DNA of 63,364 nucleotides, counting the filler, from Choristocarpus tenellus KU-1152 (lineage: Eukaryota; Protista; Phaeophyceae): NCBI GenBank assembly GCA_964200185.2. It is 8 parts of 8 records of this genome, joined end to end, with 100 filler letters (N's around TTAATTAATTAA, not from the genome) between each part and the next. Parts side by side here need not be neighbours in the genome. Positions count along the whole stretch, not along the records: positions 51,952 to 55,541 come from CAXNAD020019079.1; positions 55,642 to 60,315 come from CAXNAD020013515.1; positions 60,416 to 63,364 come from CAXNAD020023433.1; 5 more parts are not named here. The stretch is one strand, 5' to 3'. This document shows positions 52,064 through 63,364 of the stretch, piece by piece (position 1 is the first letter of the stretch; every line of letters starts with the position of its first letter). Under the pieces are notes generated by a model. The model saw only the letters and a program-made list of their open reading frames with translations. It did not search any database and was not told the origin of the DNA. The translations under genes and the position numbers were made by a program.

Positions 52064-55000
52064 CAGTTAGTGTACCTATATGAGAGAAAACAGGATAAAA
52101 GAGAGGGTGAATAGAGTTCTCACGAAATTTCAGCTTATAAGAGAGATTTCAGCGTTTTCCTCGCAATTCTCTATTGTATCAGGTAAACTTCTATTTATTT
52201 CACCATAGTTGTATCAGTAGCTTCGCCCTCTGGGGTTGCCCGTCATAACATTTAATGTAGGCATCGGATTTCAAAAAAATAAAAGCATATTCGTTATGCC
52301 CGTCACAAGGCCCTCCGGAGTACGGGCTTCGTTCATTTTTGCCATTTTTTCTTCTTTTGAAGAAAGAGCGCTCATATTGGGGTTCGAACCCTGGATTGCA
52401 GGTCACCAAGAATGGCAACAGATGCACTACTACTTTATTGAAGTATAGGGTTTAGTCGGGAAAAAAGGCTCCCTATCCTTTCTTCCTGTGTGTTCGCGCA
52501 CCCACTCTTCGACCTCGGCAAGCATGTCCTCGTCGAGGAACAGGAAGAAACGCCTTTCATAGCGCCCTTGCTCCGACACCTTGATGTTGTCCTTAGTTAG
52601 GAAGTCTCTCTCCTAATTTACTCACAGTTTCCGACCTGACCATTCCATATCCTGCTGCATCTCGAGCGCCGTTTGATGATCTTTCCCGTCGTTCATACAC
52701 ACATACAGGATTCGCAGTGTTAGAGCCTTTACCATCACATTTCCTTGTTGAGCACCGGAAATGGGTATTGTTCGTGTTTCCTGGACGGATGATATTTCTT
52801 TTCATCAAGGCGCAAGGGCAAGGGAGGGCAGGCTTTAGTCGATCGAAAATTGTGTTGATTTCTCAATGAATGCAGGCTGGGAGAAAGCCTTAAAATCAAC
52901 TTTATACGTCCAAACCTAACTCCAGGAACAAAAGTGAATGTACGGTGTCTTGCAAGAGGTTGGAGACACCAAACCATTGGTGTGCAAATAGCCTCAATCT
53001 CACCTTCTCTTCTGCCCTAGTGTCCTTGTCGATGGATACCTCTACCTGCTTCGCGACCTCTTCGAAGTAAAGGATTTGGTGGTATCGAAAAGCCACAGAG
53101 GGTGAAGCTACTGGTACCACCTTACTTGACAAAGGGGTTTCCCAAAAAGTCATGTCGAACGTTATCCAATATATAACAAAGTAAAGCACAAAGCTGCTCG
53201 AGACCAGCAGTACCAAGCATAGCAGTCTCTTGTCTCTCAGTACTGTACAGTACAGTACGTATAGTATATCACATCAAGTCTAGACGACTGCATTCTACAG
53301 ATATAACAATACGCTGCACAGTGGGATCCAACAGCAGCACAAAGGGTAATACTACTATTCCGCCACACTATACATGCCGTAAGGTTCGAGTTTGTAGAGG
53401 CTATCTTCATGGCATTTGCACCGTCGTGGATCCATTTTGGTGCCAGCGTAAGGAAAAGCGTGTGGAAATTGTGCGTGAGCCTCACCAAGCGCAAGGCCTT
53501 GAGTCCTCCAACTGGTGACAACACGGTGTTCAAGCGACACGATATCAAGAACAAGGGCAAGGTGCTGCCAAATATATCTACGGAGAAAGCCTCTCCTACA
53601 AGCCTTGTGATACCAACGTAAGCGTTCGAGCCTTACAGAGAAGGTGGAAGCATTGACACCCCTGAAGACCATGATGGGGACTGCGTTTGCCCAAATGTTT
53701 GGTATCGATCATAGCACCCTCGACAATTTGAAGGAGACAGCAGCCATCATGGATAGAGCGTAGACACTGAAGCCTGATGCCAAGTCTATGAGGGGTGCCA
53801 AACATGTCGAGGTACGTCGGTGCATGGATTGAAAATACGAAATTAGGTTGATTGTGATCGTGACTGGATTGTCTTTCTGCACTGTCTGGTGATGAGGGTC
53901 ATGATTGAATTTTTCGAAATTTTGCGCGCATTTCTGTTGTGTTGTAATGTCTATACTGTATATTATAGTTTCATGAGTGGGCATTTTGCTCGTAGAGGTA
54001 CGTCCCACAATTTGTCCCTATATATTAATGAGGATCTCTCTAATGCTCTTGACGCTCTGCACCTCAAACCCGACAGAAAACCATCTCAAGCTTCCATTGA
54101 CACATCAAGAGTGTGAATCGGTGTGGAACACAACAATGAAGTGGCCAATGCGATACTAGAGGAGATGAAAGACCAGCTGCTCAAGAAATCCTTGTACCAA
54201 TCAGACAATGAAAACTTGGGTGACGAGGATGATGGGTTTATGGGAGGGGGCAACGCATTTGGGGCCGTGAGAAAAGGAGCAGCCTCTTCAATGTTCTCGA
54301 TTTTCTCCACTGCCGTACTCTCAAATGGCTGACAATTTTGCAAGCTTAGAAATACCCGTCCAAGAGTGCAGCATGAACGATATTTCGTACCATCTCCGGA
54401 AAGCAAAGCTGGCTTGGCTCAGCGCAATCGGGGCAAGGGTAATCAAACAAGTAGACATTCAAGTTTTTTGACAGTCGCGATTTTCTTATTAGCGAAGAAG
54501 TTGTTTTACTCAGTGGGTGCGATGGGAGGTGCGTGGCGGTGCAGCTACATTTGATCCATGGTGGCGTTTTGACACTGTACTGTATATTATCCTTGTAGAG
54601 TGCAATTGAATACGTAGGGCAGGGCATTGGAGGGAGATTGGCTTTGAACGTTGATTTGATTTGAACTGCGAGTCGTCTGTCCAGCCATCCAACAGCTTGC
54701 GAATGCTTTTCTTGGGAAGGTGTACTATATATATGAGTGAATACATCGTAATGAGTATAATTTTACCCAAGTTACAGTACGGCATACATGTGACACTGGC
54801 ATACTGGGGAGGGGTGGTGTAAATGCTTGTTGCACCATGATAGTTCCGTCGAAATGGACTCACCGAGGACAATGTTCAATACATATCTACACGTAACTAC
54901 TCTTGAAGGCACATGGGAAGCACACACAGCAAGGGCGTTGCTCTGTCGTCGTTCGGGGACAAGTATAAAGTGCCTTCGAATAGTGTTGCTCAATATAAAA

Positions 55001-55128
55001 TGAGTTTCTCTTATCACGATCCCTCGGTTTAAGAGAAAAGCGCTCTTACATACAATAAGGGAGGATCGGGATATAAGAGAGGGGTTTTTTGGTTGCCCCT
55101 ACTCTCTCTTATATAGGTACATCGACTG
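52064..55128. mobile_element. Putative 3-kb TIR element with CAGT termini (pogo/Tigger-like ends) containing decayed ORF fragments
   Basis: Left end CAGTTAGTGTACCTATATGAGAGA versus reverse complement of right end CAGTCGATGTACCTATATAAGAGA (20/24). Subterminal ATAAGAGAG motifs occur at both ends. TA TSD not intact. Confidence 0.55.
52468..52680 (-). pseudogene. N-terminal fragment of an IS630/Tc1-like transposase
   Basis: Frameshift-corrected reading AAGYGMVRSETV.*ERDFLTKDNIKVSEQGRYERRFFLFLDEDMLAEVEEWVREH resembles the T.R.W.R.F...SxQG...L.DED...WLR pattern of eukaryotic IS630/Tc1-like transposases. Confidence 0.45.
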
Positions 55129-55249
55129 CATATAATATCTTTACTGTATGAAGTAGTAGTTGAAATTTGAAATTTAGGGTACAATATTCGTAAGCGGTAA
55201 AATATAAAAGAGGTATGTCTATTAGGTGTGACTCTAAAAAAATATTACC

Positions 55250-55500
55250 TGACCTGCCATAGATAAATGTTCTACCATGACCAAGTCCATGGTCATCGCT
55301 TACTCAACGTGACAGGAACCACTAGTGGGCATGTACAATCAAATTCGAACACGGCCGAGTCCATGACCATCACTTGCTCAACATAACCAAGACCACCACC
55401 GGGTGTGTATAACCAAGTTCGAACATGATGAGTCCATGCCTGTTGACCGTTTCAACGTGGGCAGGTGATGGATGGACTGGTGCTGTCCATATATATGACC
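55250..55500 (+). repeat. Dispersed repeat containing tandem units of about 74 bp; homologous copy at about 59992-60170
   Basis: GTCCATG units start at 55285, 55359 and 55432, and at 60027 and 60102. Both arrays are preceded by GACCxGCCATAGATAAA. Confidence 0.75.
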
Positions 55501-56553
55501 ACATTGGGGCTGAAAGTATCTGGGGGGGGGTGGCGGCTGTCNNNNNNNNNNNNNNNNNNNNNNNNNNNNNNNNNNNNNNNNNNNNTTAATTAATTAANNN
55601 NNNNNNNNNNNNNNNNNNNNNNNNNNNNNNNNNNNNNNNNNCATGATTCCTCATCGCTAGTAGTCTACGCATTTTACATGCATGTACGATGCATTCGATT
55701 CAGATTTCAACACGCAACACATAAAACCGGAGAACCCTGTGACAATGTACGGTGTTAAACTGTCCAACGTCGGTAAGATCTGTGAAGGTCTAGGTTGTGT
55801 GTTTGATGTAGGCGACGATGTTTGATGTTAATGTATGGCGATGTTGTACAATGATGTAATTGCTTGCCTGTGTGTTCGTCACTGGTGTTTAGGGTAATGC
55901 CCTCAGAGTATTTGACAATGTCCAGGTATTTTGTACCCTCCTCCAAATCCTCCCTCAACACGAGGTCCCTTTTCACCAGCGTAGTTTATGGGGTTACATT
56001 AATGTGCGCGATAAGCCGTTCATTGTGAGGTGGTTAGGCCTTACCCTAAACACCAGCCAAACGAACGACCTAGGGAATGAATACCAAGTGTAAATGTAAC
56101 TCTTGTCTCCATCTACCACCAGGAATTCCGAATGTGCTGGGCGCCTATGAGACTTGTACCTTTTGTACACCTTTTCGGCTTCTGGTCCAGTGGCCGCCGT
56201 CTTGAAGTAGACAAGATGGTGCGTGTACGCCTTCTTGCAGTACTTCTCCACGAGCCAAATAGCCTGCCTATTCTCAGCTGGTTTCAAGCTCAAAGAAAAG
56301 TTTTTTCAGAGTCCGTCTAAAGAATAGGTACAATGCTGTCGTCGCCAGTGTTTTGCTCAACCCCACACGAGCTCAATGGGGTTGAACTCACAGTGATACT
56401 TTTGGGAGCATTACGCATACCCCTTAACCGAATAAAAGGAATATTAGATGGGGAGTAACCCTTAATCAACTTTATACATCCAACCCCAAGTCCAGGAACA
56501 AAAGTGAATGTACCGCATCTTGCAAGAAGTGGGAAACACCAAACCATTGGTGT

Positions 56554-56905
56554 GACTGAAAGTATCTTAGAGGGTACGAGTTTTGCCCTGTTTGTCCACT
56601 TGGGGTTTGGCTTCCCATGGGTTCTTCTATGACATTTTCCTACTCCAAAATGTTTAAGAGTAGGTAAAGTGTGTATGTTATGAAAAGGTGTGTCTGGAAC
56701 ATGGATATTGATACTTCCTAGAGTGAAAATATCGTAGAGGGTACGAGTTTTGCCCTGTTTGGCTCAAAGTACCTGGGGGGGGTGGTGGCTGTCCGATTGG
56801 AGCTAAATTTTTCATGTCGTAATTTTTGGGTGATTTGGTTCCTTATATTGGATGGATAATGAGAGTGCACTTTTCCTGGTGTTGGTCCAAATGGACACAC
56901 TGGCG
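56554..56905. mobile_element. Nested MITE cluster: truncated A (56554-56720), start of a second A (56721-56760), inverted B (56761-about 56905)
   Basis: Three successive termini: GACTGAAAGTATC, GAGTGAAAATATC and GGCTCAAAGTACC. Confidence 0.8.
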
Positions 56906-57492
56906 TCAATCTCTGACGCTTGCCACTCCCTACGGTAGTGTCAACAACACTATGCTCATTCCCAAATGGACAAGGAATCAAATCCACCTAGGCACCCCTA
57001 GCGACGAGGAGTACGGTGACCTGGAAGTGATTGTCTATCTCTTCACGACCACGACATCCGCAACCTTTCCTTCTACGACGTAGGTATGGCCTACGAGTAC
57101 CATATGGGTTGTCTAGACATGACTGGGTCGAGTGACCTTCACGAGTCGTAGCCTGGCAACCAGATTACTTGCACATGCTATTTTGTTGTACGTCAACATG
57201 ATAATGGGGTATAGTCGGGTCTCTGCATGGTACAGAAGGTCCTAGGGACATGACGGTGATCTGTCTATCGGACAGGTTGTCACAGGTGGATGCGTCAAAG
57301 ACCGAGCTGAGAACCTGGTGAGACTTGCTTCTCCAGCTCGGTGACGTTCAACCTCCGTCCGGAGACAGTGATTCTCTTGTTGGAGTTGGACAAAATCCGA
57401 ATGAGGAATCTGTCCATGACAAGAGTTGTGAGTCACGGCACTTGCGTAAGCTGTGGGGGTAGGGTTAATACCAGACAGATTGTTAGCTTCAA

Positions 57493-57750
57493 GAGTGAAA
57501 GTATCTTAAAGGGTACGAGTTTTTCCCTGTTTGTCCATTTGGGGCTTGGCTTCCCTCGGGGTGTTTACGACATTTTCCTAACCCGAAACGTTCCATATGA
57601 GGTAAAATGTATAAGTTATGAAAAGGTGTGTCTGGAACAAGGATGTTCACACTTTCTAACAAACACCATAGCCAAAATTATATCGAAATGGCAACATTGG
57701 ATTTTGACCCCCAAATGGACGCGGCTCTACCCTCTAAGGTACTTTGGCTC
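57493..57750 (+). mobile_element. MITE family A, full copy
   Basis: Same TIRs and body; 4-bp TSD TCAA. Confidence 0.9.
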
Positions 57751-60547
57751 TCAAGCCATTTGGCACGGTCACGAGTCTGAGCAAACATAGTTGCGTGTTC
57801 TTCCTGAATCTGTTCAAGACGAATTGTTGGAAGTAAGCCATCTTCCATAAGGGTTATTTTTAGTTGTTCAAAACAAAGAGGGTTGTTGCGTCAAAAACAA
57901 ATTGAAGGGGGTTTTCTTTGACAAACATCCTCTAAGAAACGATGCATTGCTGTTTTGCAACGTAGAGTATAATTCATTGACAGACTCAGTATCTTCCTAT
58001 TTCAAGGATGTTAGTGTACGTGCCAATATGCTTACAGCATGGGTGGGGGTGAATGCGTTAATCAAGGCCTTCTGTATATCTTCTCATGTCTTTAGAGGCG
58101 TTACAGGAACAGGGGAGTCAAGGGATGAGTGTAATCTGCCCAAATCACTCGTCGAACACCATTCTATTGTACCAGCCAACGCCTGAAAAATATAATGTTT
58201 CAGTGGGCCCTTGAAGCATTTTCGACAAAAATTCTACGCAATGAGCATCAATAGTCTCAGAGGATGCAGGACCGTACTGACGAGAATACAGAGTGATTGC
58301 GACATGCCATTTAGAGAATAAAATTGGCAAATCTTCTTCTCCAGGACCTATGATCACCCGACCAGTCGGGATGTCCGAAATGGAATATCTAAAACGACTC
58401 CCTTCTGACGTTGGTTGCGTGTGCGAGACATAGCTACTTTGTTCAACAGGTCTTTGTTGGTCAACGCAGTTTCCCCGGGCTTGAAGCTTCAACAGATCCT
58501 GAAGCAATTCGGGCAGCACAACATTTGTTCTCAGATATCCCGTTCACGCAGTGCACAATAAACGCTGGAATAGCATGGCCAAACGGTGCTTGTAAAGTGG
58601 CCATGTCACAAGAAGTTGAAGGTGGGGCAGAGACAGGGCTGTCCTGAAAATGGACACAATGAGTGTCATGGTCGCCCGAGCTGACACAATGCTCGAGGGT
58701 CGGCAACACAGTTCCTGTCTGACCACGATGATCTGGGGAAGATGGGGGGGAACCTCGTCTGGGGTTCGTATTTCTTGCGTTGTTAGACAACGTGATGGGT
58801 GACCCGACAAATCAGAATCATGTTTGAGGAGTCCATGTCTTGCACTGATTCGTTTCCATCAACCTTTTGATCTGCTTCTCTTGATTCTTTGAGGTGTTCG
58901 GCCAGGCACTCTTGTTCACAATGTTTTCTTCTCGATCTTGCGTTTGGCATGTTTGGGCAGAGGTCAAACAAAAATTTACCCATCACCCTAATTCTTAGTT
59001 CACTGATGTCGCCAATATGAATCGTGTGATTCTGTGGCGGCGTGGTGTCACTCAAGCAAGGGTGGTAAAGAGAATCACCTGGCAAGACAGACCAGACGGA
59101 CGAGGACGAACTGTAATGGAGAGGATAAGGTTATGTTGGACAAGTGCAAGACAGAAATTAATTGCAGGAAATAGTGGAGAACTGAGAAAGTAGGGAGGAT
59201 CATGATTCGGATGGGTTTCAGAAAGGAAACCTTCAGATATGGGATACCCGCCTTCGGAAATATGTACTCATAAATGGACGGAACAGGAAGACACAGAAAT
59301 CAATCCCTCCTAATATCCTCCATACAGTTGAAGCGAACTTCTCAGAAAACCTCAATTGTTATAACGGTATATGGAATACAGCAATAACAGTGTACCAACA
59401 GACAGACAAACCTGCTTTCCACAATGAGAATATTCCCAAAATGATAATAATGGTTTTCATAATCATAGGTTGGGCTTTTCACCCGGCCACCAAATTAAGA
59501 AAGTCCCGTCTACCGCCTGGACCGGTCCTACAGTTATTAACATGTCCCAGTCCATGCCCATTAAGTATTGAACTGGTCCATATCTTCCAGCTGGACCAGG
59601 TCTAACATTTTCTACCATTTCCAAACCTTATTCACAGGATATTGTACCCGTCCATGTCCACTGACCAGTCAGTCTTAACCTTTTCCCATGCATGTCTGGA
59701 CCATGGCCACCCATCAGTTCAATACATGTTATACAAGTGTGAATGAGACATTCACACGAACACACATCACAAATCACCCCACACATCCAACAATGTGTTC
59801 ATACTAAAATTACAATTTGAAGATTCAAACTAAAACTATAATATAATATAGAAATATCATCGTATGTACTATATGTAGTTCTGACAGTGGGAATATTCAA
59901 AATTCAGGATACAATATTCAAGAAGAGTGGTTAAATATGAAATGGGAGGCATGGCCATGCTGTGGTAATCCCGAGTGCAAAAAAATATTCTGACCAGCCA
60001 TAGATAAAATGCTCTAACATAGCTGAGTCCATGGCCATCGCTTTCTCAACATTACCGGGGCCACTGGCTGGCCGTGTACAACCAAGTTCGAACATGACTG
60101 AGTTCATGGCCATTGATTGTTTCGACATGGCTGAGCCAAACACCGACCTGCGGCCATATGGCCAATAGTGGACGTGCTAACTGCCAAACCTGACGAAAGT
60201 CCTGATCACAATAATAATCCAGATAAAAAACAATAATAAACAGCCTCTCACCAAAATTGAGGATGGAGCATACTATGGAGGATAGGTTTGACACAAAATG
60301 GTCCGCGGAAAGTGCNNNNNNNNNNNNNNNNNNNNNNNNNNNNNNNNNNNNNNNNNNNNTTAATTAATTAANNNNNNNNNNNNNNNNNNNNNNNNNNNNN
60401 NNNNNNNNNNNNNNNACTTTTGTATGATTGGAATTGAGTGATCTTCGTGCTCTTTCGTACTCTCTACTATCTGCTTCACCCTCCCCCCCCCCCCCCCCCC
60501 CCCCCCCACATCACAACAACACCCTAACCCTTGCACGGAAGACTCAC

Positions 60548-63254
60548 CTCTGCAACCGTCAACTCCCCACCTGTACCAACACCTGCATCTCCATTCTCTC
60601 CACCCCCTCCTGCCACTGCAGCATGCCTCCCTGATATTACAACCCCCCCAACCTGCCGGTCCTTCCCCGAAGGGAACAGCGATGAAGTTGAAGGTGCCAT
60701 TGTTGCAGGGTCAAGAACAGAGCCATTCCCTGCTATCTGGCCCATAGCTGCGGCCCCAGCAACCCGCTCCATGCCTGTAGCCCAGCGGCGTGAAGTGGCT
60801 CCCAAGAGGGTGACCAGGCGCTGTGTGGTATAAGGGTGAAGGCGTTGGGCCTCTGGTGCGAGGTTCAGCAGGATTGCGAGGAGGTTCTTGAGGAGGTAGT
60901 CATCTCGTGCTCTTTCTCCCCGGAAGTTGTGTTTAAAGAACCGGGGGAGGGGAGGGGGGGGGGGAAGAAGTGGGGGAAGTGGAACGTGAATGAGTACCAC
61001 CTATGACAGTGATAAGTGCAGACAATGCCTGGTTAATGTAAGAGGACTCTACAATTTTGCATGTCTTTACTAGGTTGTTCATTCTTGCTCTTGCCCCTTA
61101 ATTAGCACTTCAATGCTCAGTCTGAGGGGTTAGGGTTTGAAGAAACAGCATAATAATACAATCACAGTGGATTCTTTTTTGGGCTCATATCTGGCCCACT
61201 AAAAAATGAAACTTTTCTGTAATAGGCAAGCCGTTCCCTGGTACACTGGGCTCTCAATTGGAATAAATAGTTCTCCTTGGCAAGTAAAGGTTATGTGGAC
61301 TTCCTCGAAACAATAGTACCTAGTATTTCCTTTGAGAAGTTGAGAAAGTAGAAAAGAAGAATGGGACCAAATGAGGTCCCTCCACTAACCCTCCTATCTA
61401 CAAACACCAACACTGTTCACTGTCTACAGATACAAGAAAACATAACCAAAGGCAACAAACCAAACGTTCATACATACATACATACATACATACATATGTA
61501 TGTATATAAACAGACAAAATATGCTCAAAGAACACCCAAAACCCTCCCAACCCCCCCAACCCGATCACATAAACAAGACAAAGCAAACCATTTCTCACCA
61601 AATATGCCACTGTATTTTGACAAAAATACCTTGCCTCTGAGTCCACCTCAATCCAATATCTCTGGCATATGTATATATACCTTTCAAAATCGAAATCGCA
61701 CAAGAAATGTTCTACCTAACACCCTTCTGTGGACCCCCTCACATCCCCACCTTGTCAGTGTGTTCACAATACACCGTAGAACACACAGCACCATCAGCGA
61801 CCCCAACGACACTTCAGAGAGGGGTCTTGTAGAGTACCATGGTGCACCCCCAGGAACCATCTTCACAGAGATATAGTATAGCGACCCCCCATCAGCCGTA
61901 TCACCCCCGTGGGCACAAGGAAGAACAGCAAACATGCACGCACACACACATTGACAAAAGCCAGCCAACCAACGCCCACATCAAATATAGAAAACCACCA
62001 ATGCAAGACATGGTTGAGCAGTTAGTAGACCAATGCAGTTTATGCCCAAGGAGGAGGAGGAGGAGGAGGAGGAGGAGGAGGCAGTGGGGCATGGCAGTGG
62101 GAAGCAGCAGCACTTGTTTCTTATTTGTTAAGAGATGCTGGGCTAGGAGCACAGCGTGAGGCAAAGGAGAGGCAGTAAGTTTATTGAGCACAGTACCAAC
62201 GAGGATGATGTGAGTAGAATGGGGGGTTAGTGGGGTGTGCACACATGTTCACTGTATGTAACTGTCACACATTAGTGACCTTGAAGAGCAAAGAAGGAAC
62301 AGGTGATGGCTGATACAAATACTGACTGCACTATACTTCTATAGCTGTAGTTAAAAAAATTGAAAACAATGACTACAATGGAGCTCAACCGTTGGACAAA
62401 GGCAAATAATAAAAAGTACTCATGGCCAGTGAATCCTGTCCGTCAACACCTATCTGTAGTCAATAATAAAACCCCAAAGTGGTAAAAATACCCCAGTTAA
62501 ATAAATAGTAGAGTGATGTCTTCAGTTCAATCCAAAGTACACAAGTACCCACCTTTACAAGCTGCTGCAGAACTAACGAGCAGAAATCACATGAGCCCCC
62601 CCCCCCCCACTACTTAACAATCCCCCTTCTCGCCACCCCAACCATTACACCCTTCGCCTACAAAATCATCTCACCCGCAGTAATCATGGCTCTCCACAAA
62701 TCCAAACAAATCCAAACACACAGACACCTCCAGAGTAACGTATGATACTCCTTTTTGTTTTAGTTCTGATTCGACCCTATATTGCCACATTCAATACAAT
62801 AAATGTATACAATACATACAAACACACACACACACATATATACTTAGAAGTAGCACAATAGGATGGGCCATCCATCCACCATCCCCAACACAAGAAGGGG
62901 CGTAGTTGATGACCTCGCTATTCAGTGGAACAAGTACCCAACCATAAAGGGGACAGGTAATCAATTGTATCACCATCTATTGTGTCACCTTCAATGCCAT
63001 CACCATCCACACCCACAACAAGGACAGGCATTCCATTCCATCAATCTAGTCCCTCCCAAGCACACCTGTCGAAACGCCTGCCTATTGAATGCAGAATCTT
63101 CGGAGAAGTTTAGGACCACAATAGCTGGCACATACAACTGTGCCGCATGTCTTTCCCCCCCTCCCCCAGAGTCCTGCAGTGAGTGCAGCAGTGGAAGAAG
63201 TACAGAGTCTGCATCTGAACGCACCAAGGCTGATCGGCAAAACCTAAGGTTGGC
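60548..63254 (-). CDS. DYM: Dymeclin (DYM/Hid1 family), three internal exons; gene is partial at both ends
   Basis: Phase-consistent exons 63254-63066, 61860-61751, 60911-60548. Reading ANLRFCRSALVRSDADSVLLPLL..QLYVPAIVVLNFSEDSAFNR / PWYSTRPLSEVSLGSLMVLCVLRCI / RDDYLLKNLLAILLNLAPEAQRLHPYTTQRLV matches the dymeclin core pattern (WY.ER.L..ISLGSL, RD.YL..N.LA.L.N, LH.Y.AQR). Confidence 0.85.
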
Positions 63255-63364
63255 CTTGTGAAAAAGGTGACATACACAGTCAACAGGAACGGATAGAAGG
63301 TTTGTACAAATTTGGTGTGGTATTAGCAGCTTGAAGTCAGATGTGGAAAGTGGGGGTGGGGGGG

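Noticed and set aside
55285-55480. CRISPR-like array
   Set aside because: Whole units are homologous with no unique spacers, there are no cas genes, and the context is eukaryotic.
55994-56293. HUH/Rep endonuclease (YCKK, HHLVYF)
   Set aside because: The motifs are in the wrong order and there is no true HUH.

Overview
This is eukaryotic, intron-rich DNA. The gene structure and transposable-element (TE) content resemble a brown alga or related stramenopile (inference). The window is built from about nine contigs joined by N-runs containing an artificial TTAATTAATTAA linker, so adjacency across gaps is unproven. Four spliced genes could be reconstructed by hand: the 3' part of REV3 (DNA polymerase zeta, +, 12 exons, two GC-AG introns), a SAM-carrier-like SLC25 transporter with an N-terminal presequence (-, 3' end missing), a REEP/DP1/Yop1 gene (+), and three internal exons of dymeclin (-). 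There is also a 4-kb uninterrupted orphan ORF with a possible split C2-like domain. Most remaining sequence is TE debris: PIF/Harbinger, DD39D mariner, Ty3/Gypsy, solo LTRs, REL-endonuclease non-LTR 3' ends, and two related MITE families with 4-bp target-site duplications (TSDs). The most unusual signals are (i) an atypical 3' splice-site architecture (8 of 22 acceptors are AAG, pyrimidine tracts are displaced upstream, GAG is skipped), (ii) the 4-bp-TSD MITE pair, possibly Sola-like, and (iii) the orphan ORF. I see no CRISPR array, RNA gene or prokaryote-type system, and no multi-gene novel system that the sequence supports.
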